A stretch of 64,000 nt of DNA from IMG/VR virus record IMGVR_UViG_3300035659_000001; one strand, given 5' to 3'. Source of the DNA: a virus (taxonomy: Duplodnaviria > Heunggongvirae > Uroviricota > Caudoviricetes). A program made the position numbers and the translations under genes. The notes beneath the pieces are model-generated. The model saw only the letters and a program-made list of their open reading frames with translations, was not told where the DNA came from and made no database searches. Numbering within the stretch: the stretch's first letter is position 1; each line of letters starts with the position of its first letter. Below are positions 18,282-28,300 of this stretch, piece after piece.

Positions 18282-18639
18282 AAAATAATGAATTATTTGC
18301 AACTATTTTATCATTAGAAAACGAAGTTGAAGATTTGACCAGTGAAAAAATCAGTACAAGTAAACAAAAAAAATTATTGAAAAGGTTGAAAATTCAAGCA
18401 AAAAATCAATTTAGACTAAAAGACAATGCAACATATAATTTGTAAACCTCGTGTACAAAAGAATTGTTTTGCAGAGCATTTAACTGACGGTATTTTTTTA
18501 AATTCACATGGCGAATTACAATATATGTCAGGTGACGCAAAACAAGTTATATATACAAGAACTGTTTTTTTCGAATCAAACACTACTACTGCAAGTTTTA
18601 TTGAAGCTTTTAATTTAACAAGAACACTTTTTAAAAAAT

Positions 18640-18676
18640 TTTTACAAAATTTTACAAAATATTCTATTATAATATT
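18640..18676 (+). promoter_or_regulatory. Candidate sigma70-like promoter upstream of the tRNA cluster
   Basis: TTTACA-N18-TATTAT(AAT) inside a long AT-rich, non-coding-looking stretch. The ORFs called here on both strands overlap each other and are low-complexity. Confidence 0.2.
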
Positions 18677-18999
18677 CACTGTTTATTGGTTTTTCATTCA
18701 AGAAGAAAACAAGATTATAGTTAATATTTTTGTTAAATCAGAAGATGAAGATGTTAATGATTTTTTTAGATATTTAAAAATATTGTAGTTCATGATTCAG
18801 AAAGATATGATCTTGCTTCTGTTACTAATCAAGATAACGTTGAAATACGAAAAATGCCGTATGCAAGTCATAGTGTTCAAGTTTTAGTAAGCAAATAAAT
18901 TACTACACTATATTTTTGAGAATATTGTAATACATTGAGAAAATTGATATATATTATACTTATAAGAAATATTGCTCTTTGGAATATAAAAAGAAGTGG

Positions 19000-19110
19000 T
19001 GCTTTAGTGAAGTTTCAGAAAATGTTCTAGGTGAACACCAAAACTGCTAATTTTGTATGACGGTTCAAATCCGTGTCTAACACTTTACTAGAATTTCATC
19101 CTTCTTTTAA
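19000..19110 (+). pseudogene. Degenerate tRNA-like element (anticodon-arm GCU), paralogous to the downstream tRNA unit
   Basis: Perfect anticodon arm CAAAA-CTGCTAA-TTTTG and T arm ACGG-TTCAAAT-CCGT, but a short D arm and no acceptor stem that pairs. About 18 nt are inserted between the T stem and the conserved 3' 'AATTTCATCC'. Same flanks as the 19149 tRNA. Confidence 0.3.
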
Positions 19111-19148
19111 ATTTGAAAAAATGAAGTGGCGCTCAAGAATAGGACTTC

Positions 19149-19224
19149 AGAAAATTTGCTCAATTGGTAGAGCGAAAGATTTAGGATCTTTACGTTGTTG
19201 GTTCAAATCCGACATTTTCATCCA
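19149..19224 (+). tRNA. tRNA with anticodon UAG (Leu by the standard code), class-I (short variable loop) structure, encoded CCA
   Basis: Acceptor AGAAAAT/ATTTTCA (A1·A72 mismatch), D arm GCTC-AATTGGTA-GAGC, anticodon arm AAAGA-TTTAGGA-TCTTT, variable loop ACGTT, T arm GTTGG-TTCAAAT-CCGAC, discriminator T, then CCA. Confidence 0.55.
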
Positions 19225-19458
19225 AACGTTTTATTCAATTTCGCCCTTCTTTTAATAAAAATTCTGTTGATACATGAGGTTAAACTCATGGTTTTAAAGG
19301 GTGCTGGTGAAAAGTCATGATTCCTCCTCGCCCTTTATTTTAAAGGTATAAAAATTATGAAAATGACAACGAACTTCACTTTTAATTGTAGCAGTTGCTT
19401 TAATAGTAGCAACTCAGTGAGGTTCATTTTCTAATTATTCCATTATAGAACAACTAGA

Positions 19459-19496
19459 AAAAAGGGCCTCACCTAAAAAATGAGGCCCTTTTTTTA
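19459..19496. terminator. Strong bidirectional rho-independent terminator
   Basis: AAAAAGGGCCTCA-cctaaaaaa-TGAGGCCCTTTTTTT. Confidence 0.75.
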
Positions 19497-20021
19497 TTGA
19501 GAAAAACTATGAAAATGTATATTTTAAGGTATTTGTTTGATATGAATATTAAACAATCTAAAAACTTTATTTTAAAGAAATCCCATACCTCAATTTGGAA
19601 TTTTTTACTTGTAATTTCTAATTTAATGTTTTTATTAAAAACAACATTATCACTAAATTCTTCCAATGACTTAGGGATAACAACAATAAATTCATTTAAA
19701 TTTAAATTACAAGAAAACTATGTACTAAACGCATTTTTAATTTTACATATTTAAGATTCATAAAGTGAAGATTGTAATTTTTTAAAACTTTGAAATTGTA
19801 TAAATGAATATGAGTTATGAATTAAAATTAAGTTTTGGTATGATGTGCAGGAAACAAAACTATTTGAGTTCTTTACAAGGATATGAGATTTTGTCGTGTT
19901 CAGAAATATTAAAACGTTATACTATTGTAAAACACGAAAATGATTATGATTTGGTAGACAATTTGGATTTGTTAGTTGAGTTTTTATATAAGAATATATT
20001 TTGAAAATTAGTGTAGTCGCC

Positions 20022-20094
20022 GCCGCCTTAGCTGAGATGGATTAGCGCAAGCCTGAAGAGCTTGAGAGCACAGTTCGATACTGTGAGACGGCAT
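20022..20094 (+). tRNA. tRNA-Phe (GAA)
   Basis: Acceptor GCCGCCT/AGACGGC (one C·A mismatch), D arm GCTG-AGATGGAT-TAGC, anticodon arm CAAGC-CTGAAGA-GCTTG, T arm CACAG-TTCGATA-CTGTG, discriminator A. Confidence 0.7.
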
Positions 20095-20104
20095 TTGAAA
20101 TCAT

Positions 20105-20179
20105 AGATAGGTACGCAAATTGGCACGCGGCAGGATTGTTACTCCTGTGATTTTGGGGGTTCGACTCCCTCCCTATCTG
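20105..20179 (+). tRNA. tRNA-Asn (GUU)
   Basis: Acceptor AGATAGG/CCTATCT, anticodon arm CAGGA-TTGTTAC-TCCTG, T arm GGGGG-TTCGACT-CCCTC, discriminator G. Only 11 nt after tRNA-Phe. Confidence 0.7.
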
Positions 20180-20340
20180 TTATTTTAATTATGGAGAAGT
20201 ATAGGCAATGGATAATAATGCTTTTATAAATTTTCTAATGGAAAGTAGTCGGATATTGGTTTGCCGAAGCTATCTGCTAAATAGTTGTTCAATAAAATGA
20301 ACTGAAAGTTCAATTCTTTCACTTTCCGTTAGGAGATTTT

Positions 20341-21483
20341 ATGTATAAATGCAATGATTGTAAATTAGATTTTAAAAATCGATCACAATTAGCAAATCAT
20401 TTTAGATGGAAACATAAACAATGTTTAATTTTCAAATGTAATAAATGCAACAAAGAAATAACAGATAAAAGCGGTTTGACGATTCATGAAAAATTTTGTA
20501 CAGGTGTTAAAGAAAAGAAAAACAATATTTGTCCAAAATGTAACTTTACAATTAAAACAAACTATAAGAAACATGTTGTTTCATGTAATGGGTTAGGTCC
20601 TCGTCGATTAAGAACAAAACATCGCGAGAGAGTTGTTTTAACAAAAGAAAATATTGAAATAATTAGAAAACAATATGATGATAATGTGCCATTAAAAATT
20701 ATTAGACAGCAAAATAAGTTTTCAAAATTACAAGTTAGACATGCATTAAAAGGATATAAGAAGCGATCAAAGTCAGACGTTATTAAAAGAAGTCACAAAG
20801 AAGGTAGAATGTGCAGACTGCAATTTCACGAATCTTTTGCTGAAAAGTTTTTTAATGACTTTTTACAAAAATCAGGATATAAATTAGGATTGGATTATAT
20901 TCGTGAATATAGAGTTTCTTATTATCGAATTGATTTCTTTTTTCAAAATTTGAATATAGCAATAGAAGTAGATGGATCACAACATTATACATATAATCAT
21001 CAAATAGAAATTGATAAAAGAAAAGATCAATTATTGAATAATCTTGGTATTAAAGTAATAAGGTTACCTTGGAAAGTGGTTTGTAATGAGTCAAAAAATA
21101 CATTAAATGAGGTACTAGATATTATTAAAAACAAAAATGTTGATGAATTTAATAATAAACAGAAAATTAAATTAGCAGATTTATTAAAAAAACGAAAAGA
21201 AACAAAGAAAAAGCAAAAACAAAGAAAGAAAAATTTGCCAAAAAAATACATTGAAAAATTAATAATTGCATTAAATAAATGCATTGTATATAAAACATAT
21301 ATGAAGCGCATGAATGATTTAAACAATGTTGATTTAAAAAAATGGGGAACTATTTCTGAGCTTTCAAATTTATGGAATGTTTCTCATACTCAGGTTAGAC
21401 GATATATTGAAAAACATTGTTTGTTAGAAAAATCAAAGACGGTGTGGCAGAGTTGGTACATGCTACGGTCTGCAAAACCGTAA
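20341..21483 (+). CDS. C2H2-type zinc-finger protein with a C-terminal DUF559/Vsr-like PD-(D/E)XK endonuclease domain (possible homing or free-standing endonuclease)
   Basis: N-terminal 'YKCNDCKLDFKNRSQLANHFRWKH' and further CxxC pairs. 'NIAIEVDGSQH...DKRKDQLLNNLGIKVIRLPW' matches the DUF559 endonuclease core. A Lys-rich linker. The last ~15 codons overlap tRNA-Cys. Confidence 0.5.
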   Translation: MYKCNDCKLDFKNRSQLANHFRWKHKQCLIFKCNKCNKEITDKSGLTIHEKFCTGVKEKKNNICPKCNFTIKTNYKKHVVSCNGLGPRRLRTKHRERVVLTKENIEIIRKQYDDNVPLKIIRQQNKFSKLQVRHALKGYKKRSKSDVIKRSHKEGRMCRLQFHESFAEKFFNDFLQKSGYKLGLDYIREYRVSYYRIDFFFQNLNIAIEVDGSQHYTYNHQIEIDKRKDQLLNNLGIKVIRLPWKVVCNESKNTLNEVLDIIKNKNVDEFNNKQKIKLADLLKKRKETKKKQKQRKKNLPKKYIEKLIIALNKCIVYKTYMKRMNDLNNVDLKKWGTISELSNLWNVSHTQVRRYIEKHCLLEKSKTVWQSWYMLRSAKP

Positions 21484-21510
21484 ACGTCGGTTCAAATCCG
21501 ATCACCGTCT
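21438..21510 (+). tRNA. tRNA-Cys (GCA)
   Basis: Acceptor GACGGTG/CACCGTC, D arm GCA(G)-AGTTGGTAC-TGC, anticodon arm ACGGT-CTGCAAA-ACCGT, T arm GTCGG-TTCAAAT-CCGAT, discriminator T. Confidence 0.7.
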
Positions 21511-21694
21511 CTTTTTAAATCAATTCTACGATAAATCACATGATTATAATAATAAAGGAGGATATTTGACATTATTATAAACTTTTCAAGGAGGTTTTTA
21601 TAAGATCTATGTGATTAGTTTATTGTTATCTTGTCAGTTTACTGGCTAGATATCGTTCTAAAACGAAAATTAACAATTAACGAAGGGATTAAAA

Positions 21695-22279
21695 ATGCTT
21701 GAATTACATGAACTTTTAAATTTACAGAGTGATTTTAATCAATATCAATATGGTATTGGCAATAATTTAATTCACTATTTCGCTCATCCACGAATTCCTC
21801 AACCAACTTTTATCTTTGCAAACGCTATAAATTCATTTGTCAAACGTCAACATGCTGAATCGTTAGATCAAATGAGAATGGCACCTCAAGACGTTTCAAT
21901 TTTCAAAAAACGAGCAGGACTTCTTGCAACGAATAACGCAGCTTATTATATTGCAAGTAAAGAATATCCGGCAGTGCAAGAATTATATGATTTTTCATTA
22001 ATTCAACCATGTTGGTCAATACTTTTTCCGCTTAAACATTATTTACTTCATCATCCAGAGACTGCAAGAAATTATAGAGGATTATTACCGTTTGGATCTG
22101 AAGTAGTAAAGTATATTAATAAGATGATCAAAAATAAACCTAAACCTGTATTAGCGTCACCAGATGTCGCAGATCATGTTTTCTTACAGCAAATAACTAA
22201 CAGTATGTCTGATTTTACTGGAATGACTACTGTGACAATTAACAATGTAATGTATTTAGAAGGTCGAAAAATAGATTAA
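21695..22279 (+). CDS. hypothetical protein (194 aa)
   Basis: ORF with RBS 'aagggattaaaa ATG'. Confidence 0.4.
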   Translation: MLELHELLNLQSDFNQYQYGIGNNLIHYFAHPRIPQPTFIFANAINSFVKRQHAESLDQMRMAPQDVSIFKKRAGLLATNNAAYYIASKEYPAVQELYDFSLIQPCWSILFPLKHYLLHHPETARNYRGLLPFGSEVVKYINKMIKNKPKPVLASPDVADHVFLQQITNSMSDFTGMTTVTINNVMYLEGRKID

Positions 22280-22467
22280 TTTTTTCAAGAGAGGCGAGAA
22301 ATCTCTACTCTCTTACAAATCTTCGTCAAACTATATGATTATAATTACGTAATACTACTTTCTTTGACAAATATACAGTTGACAATAGTGTTCCATTAAA
22401 ATGTTCATTGATTAGTCTCAGAGTCATCTTTCGACCTATAAAGGGCAACTAGAATGAAAGGAATATA

Positions 22468-22695
22468 ATGAAGATTAATAAACGATATTATTTGTATGCT
22501 TTTCCTATTTTTCTTATTGTAGCTTTAATTCTTACTTGTACAGATAGCGAAGTTATTTCGATATATATGACATATATGAAAAGTCTTCAACTTGTAATGT
22601 TTAATTGTTCTCCAATATCAATTGTTAGAATTGCATGTTTTGTGTTGGCATTTGCTTCGTATATTATGTATTTCATTTCAAATGATAAACGATGA
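22468..22695 (+). CDS. small membrane protein
   Basis: Two hydrophobic helices. RBS 'aaaggaatata ATG'. Confidence 0.3.
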   Translation: MKINKRYYLYAFPIFLIVALILTCTDSEVISIYMTYMKSLQLVMFNCSPISIVRIACFVLAFASYIMYFISNDKR

Positions 22696-23111
22696 ATAAA
22701 ATACTTTGCATAGACGATAGTTGCTGGGTTCAAGGATTTCATGGTTATGTTAGAAAATTAGATATAACTATTGGAAAAACTTATTCTATCATTGAACAAG
22801 AAGATAGTCGTTATTACTATATTTATGATGATAAAAATAGTAGAGGATATTATCCAAAACATTGTTTTAAAATAAGCGACGAGATTGACGATCCAAAAAA
22901 TTTAGAAATTTTCAGACAAAAAGAGCTTGATGATATTAAAGCACAAACACGACTCAATGAAGAACAGCAAAAGTTAGATAATCAAAAAGCAATAAGTGAT
23001 GAAATGGATAGATTTTATAATTCACAAAAATTTTATGATCGAATAAAATGTTATGATGCATTTGTAAATAAAATTTCACAAGTGTTTGTACAGGGCATAT
23101 CGTATGATTAA
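22692..23111 (+). CDS. hypothetical protein
   Basis: ORF with a 4-nt overlap with the upstream gene. Confidence 0.35.
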   Translation: MNKILCIDDSCWVQGFHGYVRKLDITIGKTYSIIEQEDSRYYYIYDDKNSRGYYPKHCFKISDEIDDPKNLEIFRQKELDDIKAQTRLNEEQQKLDNQKAISDEMDRFYNSQKFYDRIKCYDAFVNKISQVFVQGISYD

Positions 23112-23429
23112 ACTAGAATTAGTTGGGGATAGCGGTCTACGTAAGTTTATCGCACTTTGTCTAACTAGATTAGATGAATCTCGGATAATCCCCTTCTAGT
23201 TCTAATTAACAAGAAATAGATATGAAAATAAGTAAAAATTTTGCTTTTGAATTAAGCTTCTTAAACTTCATTCGAGAATTCTCTGATAGTATAACTTTCT
23301 TTACTGTAAACATTGAAAGTGACTGGTATAAAGGTGATCATAATCCTCAATTTGGCATTAGTTTAATTTTTTTAAATATTATGATTTTAGAATTTCGAAT
23401 ATACAATATTCATCATGAGGTGATAGACG

Positions 23430-24032
23430 ATGAAAAGTAAGTTTGCTAGAAGGATGTCGTTTGTTCAAAAAGATCAAATGCGTAAAATGTTTGTTGAGCA
23501 ATATGCAATTAGTTGTATAGCACGAAAGTTTAAATGTCGTCAGAATACAGTATGGAATAATGTATTTGATCTTGACAAAAATTACACACTTTCTAAAGAA
23601 AGAAAAATTAGAGCAATTACACATAGTAAGTTGAAAGTTGAACAAGTGAAGTTAATTAGAAGTTTGTCATATAAAGATAGAAAAAAATATAATGCAATTG
23701 CATTAGCAAAGCTGTATAAAGTTAGTCAATCAACTATTCTTGGTGTAGTACGAGGTAAAACTTTTAGATGGGTTGATGGATGGATATGTTCTAAAAAAGT
23801 TTGGAATTATTTGAAACCATCTAAACAAATTAGACCAAAAGGAAAAACTGATGTTAAATTTGGTCCAAGAATAGGATCACATTTTCATTATCGTAATGGT
23901 GAATTAACAGTTATTGCGAAAAAAGCCGGTGTTTCTCTTTCTACTATGTGTAGAAAAATGAAGAGAATGAGAATGAAAGAATTGACAAAGAAAAAGAAAT
24001 TGCATTTAACACATAATGATGAAGAACGATAA
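23430..24032 (+). CDS. Helix-turn-helix DNA-binding protein (several HTH-like repeats)
   Basis: Repeated 'sQ..Ia..f.vs.sTv' HTH-like segments ('LAKLYKVSQSTILGVVRGK', 'IARKFKCRQNTVWN', 'IAKKAGVSLSTMCRK') and a basic tail. Confidence 0.4.
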   Translation: MKSKFARRMSFVQKDQMRKMFVEQYAISCIARKFKCRQNTVWNNVFDLDKNYTLSKERKIRAITHSKLKVEQVKLIRSLSYKDRKKYNAIALAKLYKVSQSTILGVVRGKTFRWVDGWICSKKVWNYLKPSKQIRPKGKTDVKFGPRIGSHFHYRNGELTVIAKKAGVSLSTMCRKMKRMRMKELTKKKKLHLTHNDEER

Positions 24033-24056
24033 TCTGTTGCCGGTTTTGAAAAGAAG

Positions 24057-24347
24057 ATGCAACTGGATGTTACTATGATAGATTTTATACTAATTATAAT
24101 AGGTTTAATACTCATATATAAATGTAATATAGTTCTTATCAACGAGGATAAGTATTTATTATGGGTTTTCCTCGCTCCTTATGGATTAATATTTAAAGTT
24201 TTATTAATAAAAGCTACTTTTAATACTTATATGGGTAACTCATGGGATTTTAGTTTTTATACTATAGTAACTATATATTGTTGTTTAGCGGGTTTGCTTG
24301 ATGTACGGTGGTATTATAAATTTAAAAATAAAATAAATAAAATATGA
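24057..24347 (+). CDS. small membrane protein
   Basis: Three hydrophobic helices. Confidence 0.3.
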   Translation: MQLDVTMIDFILIIIGLILIYKCNIVLINEDKYLLWVFLAPYGLIFKVLLIKATFNTYMGNSWDFSFYTIVTIYCCLAGLLDVRWYYKFKNKINKI

Positions 24348-24380
24348 GAGTTTGTAAAAAATAAATTCGCAGAAGATAAA

Positions 24381-24539
24381 ATGACTGACAATATGAATGA
24401 CGATGATTACATTGTTTGTGGTCAATGTGGCTGCGATGAATTTATTATTGACGAGAAAGATGTAGTTAACGTTGAAAATAAAACTGCTACATGTGCTAAT
24501 TGTAAAAAAGCATATAAAGTTAAATTTTTAAAAAATTGA
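24381..24539 (+). CDS. small zinc-ribbon protein (52 aa)
   Basis: 'MTDNMNDDDYIVCGQCGCDEF...TATCANCKKAYKVKFLKN*', two CxxC pairs. Below the ORF-track cutoff. Confidence 0.3.
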   Translation: MTDNMNDDDYIVCGQCGCDEFIIDEKDVVNVENKTATCANCKKAYKVKFLKN

Positions 24540-24710
24540 GGTTGGAAATGCAAAAATTTAATAAAGGTGAGAAAAAAGTAGATAATACAGTTGGAATTTC
24601 TACAAAATCTAAAAAACTAATGTTCTTTATTGATCCACAAATTAATTTTATAAAAAATAAAGACGACAACTTGTCTAATTTCATTAAAGCGAGACATGTC
24701 AATCAACTTA

Positions 24711-25358
24711 TTAGAACGTGGCGCTGCACCGGCGTCTAATTTCATCAATTAACCATTTTCTAGCATTAGTCTGCTGCACAAGTTTATGATTCATGTTGAT
24801 TTTTTCAATAAATTCTTTGTATGATATTTTTTCAAATGTATAAATAGCTGATTCAAGTGAAACATTGTATATCTTACTCAAACTATTTTTGTAGACTTCA
24901 TAATAAGCATTGCCTCTTAAATATGCTTTCTCATTTTGTTTTCCTCTATGCTCTACATCATGAAAGTGACTTTTATTATTAATAAATCTACCATCATATC
25001 CCAATAAATATATTTCTTTAAATTGTAATGCAATACCCACTGATAAGGCAAACAAACCCACTAAATAAGGACTATACATGCCATCTTTAAATCCATTAGT
25101 ATTATATTGTTTTGACGTTTTTAATGTAATGAAATCATCAGGAACTGACAAAACTTTTTTTGTTATTTTCAATGCTTTATTATTTAGTATTTGTTGTTTA
25201 TTGTTTTGAGAAAAATCTTTATCGACCCAAACAATAGCTGTCGGCTCATAAAAATGACATACAAAATTTAATCCAAACGTTATGTGATTATTTAATGTAT
25301 GCAAATCAAAACTATCTATGCTAGAACCACCACCAATTATTATTAGCTTTTCATTCAT
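24711..25358 (-). CDS. GT42-like (CstII/Cst-I sialyltransferase-like) glycosyltransferase
   Basis: The motif order matches Campylobacter CstII. 'KLIIIGGGSSI' corresponds to IIAGNGPSL, 'TFGLNFVCHFYE' to VFRCNQFYFE, 'YLVGLFALSVGIALQFKEIYLLGYDGRF' to GVYMCAVAIALGYKEIYLSGIDFY, and 'HFHDVEH' to the catalytic-His region. Confidence 0.55.
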   Translation of the reverse strand: MNEKLIIIGGGSSIDSFDLHTLNNHITFGLNFVCHFYEPTAIVWVDKDFSQNNKQQILNNKALKITKKVLSVPDDFITLKTSKQYNTNGFKDGMYSPYLVGLFALSVGIALQFKEIYLLGYDGRFINNKSHFHDVEHRGKQNEKAYLRGNAYYEVYKNSLSKIYNVSLESAIYTFEKISYKEFIEKINMNHKLVQQTNARKWLIDEIRRRCSATF

Positions 25359-28300
25359 TTTTTAATCTTCTTGATGCTTGAAAGTGTTCAATTACAGGCT
25401 TATCTGCATCTTTCATTGTGTCAAAGATTTGACAATATGCAGGAGATAAAATGTAAGTTTTCAAATTTTGCAATGAATTAACTGCTTCATGAAGATAGGA
25501 TTGATCTAATTTATATTTTTTATTATTGCTATTAACTAACTGTTTCCATTTTTCTAACAATTCAAAAGCTTTTTGAGTATAATTGAAATACATAGTACCG
25601 CCAAGCAGCTCGCTAGTGTTATTTCTTTTCATTCTTAAGTGATATGCAAAATCATATTTATCTAACTTAAATAATAACTCAGGCTGTTGTTGAATTATTG
25701 CATCACAATCAACCCATACTACAGGACATCTATGCTTATTTAGCATGTCTTTAACAAATTCAGTTCTATAAAAACAATTTGCAAACCAACTACCCTGTGA
25801 GTTAATACCAATTATTTCATAATTCAATTTAAATTTTTTCAATGATAATTCTAAAGTTTTGTATTCTTTTTCATAGCCTGTATTTTTAGTATAATAAGAC
25901 ACAAACACTAAGTTAGAAGTCGGTTGTTCTAGTTGACGTGTAACTTGTTTTGATTCAACAATTGGTTGAATTTGTTCAATCTCTTTAAATGTGGTTTGTT
26001 CAAATTGAATATCTAAATTTTTAAAATCTATATTCTTACGATTAGGTAACAAATTAATAAAATCATTACTCATATTTTCAATCTCTTTAAATTTATTTTG
26101 CATTACTAATTGAAAAGTGTTATCCCATAATTTCTGAGTGACTGACCAACTAAAAAACTTTTCAATGTGTTGTCTATTTCTTTCGCCAGTTTGTCGTCTT
26201 AATTGAAGATTGTTTTTCAATAACAATAACTTTTCATTCATTTCTTTTATTACTTGATCATCAGGTGTCACTGACACTATCCATTGCTCGTCTAATAGCA
26301 TACAGATACTGCCAACTTTAGTTGAAACAACTGGCAATCCGCAAGCCATTGCTTCTAATACTACTCTTGGCATACATTCACTTATGCTTGTTAAAATTAA
26401 TACATCAATTGAATTGTAAAAGTCTTTCATTTTGTCTAATGTTTGACCATCAACAAAGTATTGCTTTCCCCAGTCACTCTTTTTTTCAACTTTAAAATCT
26501 AATTGATCTAATAAATAAGGTCTTTTTACATCTCTGATGCAGCCTGCCCAACCAACAATAAAACTATTTGATTTTTTATTAGAAGGAATAAAGTAATTAG
26601 TATCAATAGCTTCAGGTAAGAAAATTACTGACTTGTTAGGATACATTTGTCTCAAAAAATCCAGATGTTGAATCGAAATTGAGACTATTATGTCAGGCTC
26701 AGGTTCGTATTTCATTTTACATTCGCCGCCATAGCCGCCAATTATTTTCACATTCTTTTGTTTTAATTGTGTTATCAATTGCTGACATCTAGTATAATCT
26801 ATATTCGGTGAATGTATGTACACTACATCAGCGCTTAAAGTTGTTACATCTAGTAATCTTTTATATTCAATGTTATGAGTTGAATATTTTTGTTGATCTT
26901 TTGCAATAAAATAATATGCCCAACCGAACTGGTCAATTATTTTACAAATAGTAAGTTTTTTGTTTTGTAAGGTTGGTTTCTGTTGAATATTTTGAACATT
27001 TTTTTTAGTAGGTACATATTCATTCCAATTTCTAAAACATAACTTGCATGTGTCATTCATTTTATTTGGCTCACAGAGACTGTCTCTTAAATTGCTGGCA
27101 TAGTCATTTTGCCAGACAATATTATCTTTTATGGTTCCGTGTTCTTTTGCAGGCGCAAAGACGGAACCACAAAATGAAACGCTTCCGTTACCATTTATGC
27201 CAATTGTTGTCCACGGTATTTGACAATTACATCTTATTTCATTTCGTTGTATTAATGTAGGATAAAGCTTGATAATGTCAGCTTCTGGTAGATTTTGCAA
27301 TTCGTCAATTTCTTTTTTATCATTATACGTTAATACTTCATTCCAAAAATTTTCATCATCATAATTGACAGCTAAGTGAGGTAATAAATTTAATAAATGA
27401 ACTGTTTTAACACCATGATCTTTTACTAATTTTAAAAATTCAGGAACATATTTCAAATTACTTTTCGTGCAAACATAAGAACAAAATGTATTAAGATCAT
27501 TACTTATACAAAAATCAATGCCTTGTAAGACTTTTTGAAATGTATTTGAATTATTTATTTTATTATGTAGTTTTGCATTTGGTGCATTTAAGCTAATCGA
27601 TATATAATCAGGTTTTGCATTAAGTAATTCATTAGCTCTATCAATTATTAATGACCCATTGGTTATTAGACCCACAATTTTATTTTTATTTTTCAAATGG
27701 TTAATAATTTGAAATAAATTTTGATTTAGAAATGGTTCACCATACCCTGCACAACAAAAACTTTTTAAACTATCAAATTTAGATAATAAATTATTGACAG
27801 TTTCAATAGTTAAGTCAGGCGCTTGTTCAATTAGATTTGTATTTCTGTAGCAAAAATTACAATTAAAGTTGCATTTTGAAGTTAAGTATAAATTTGCATT
27901 TATAGGCATTTGTAAGAAGCTACGTGCACGTTCAAAGCTTCGATGATGACATCTAAAATCTTTTTCACCAATTTGTATGTTATCATTAATCAAACTAGTG
28001 TATATTCCAAGAAATGCATATAAGTTATTTTCGGAAGGATTAGATTTTAATATATTCCATAATTTTAGCGGTAAATCAGCAATCCATATATATTTGAATT
28101 GCTTAAATTTGTCCATTAAATTATAATAACGTTCAAATATACCTTCATTTGACCATTGTGGAGCATGTTTGCCAACTATATTTTTAAATAATTTAATTAA
28201 ATATCCATCTTGTTTAAGTCTGTCAATTTGTTCAACTTCACAAGACATTGATTCTAAATTATATGGATATTTTTTGAGAATATCATGCTTGTAAATTTTT

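Noticed and set aside
18416-18788. Overlapping + and - ORFs (18426..18788 and 18416..18679) in the 700-nt region between the NMNAT-like gene and the tRNAs.
   Set aside because: They overlap each other. The translations are Phe/Ile/Lys-rich with no motif. The region contains a promoter-like TTTACA-N18-TATTAT and is more plausibly non-coding leader for the tRNA cluster.
19073-19255. 60-aa ORF spanning the tRNA units.
   Set aside because: It lies over tRNA and tRNA-like structures, so it is an artefact of the low stop-codon density there.
22374-22400. Sigma70-like promoter 'TTGACA ... TAAAAT' upstream of 22468.
   Set aside because: The spacer is only about 12 nt, so it does not fit a canonical -35/-10 geometry.
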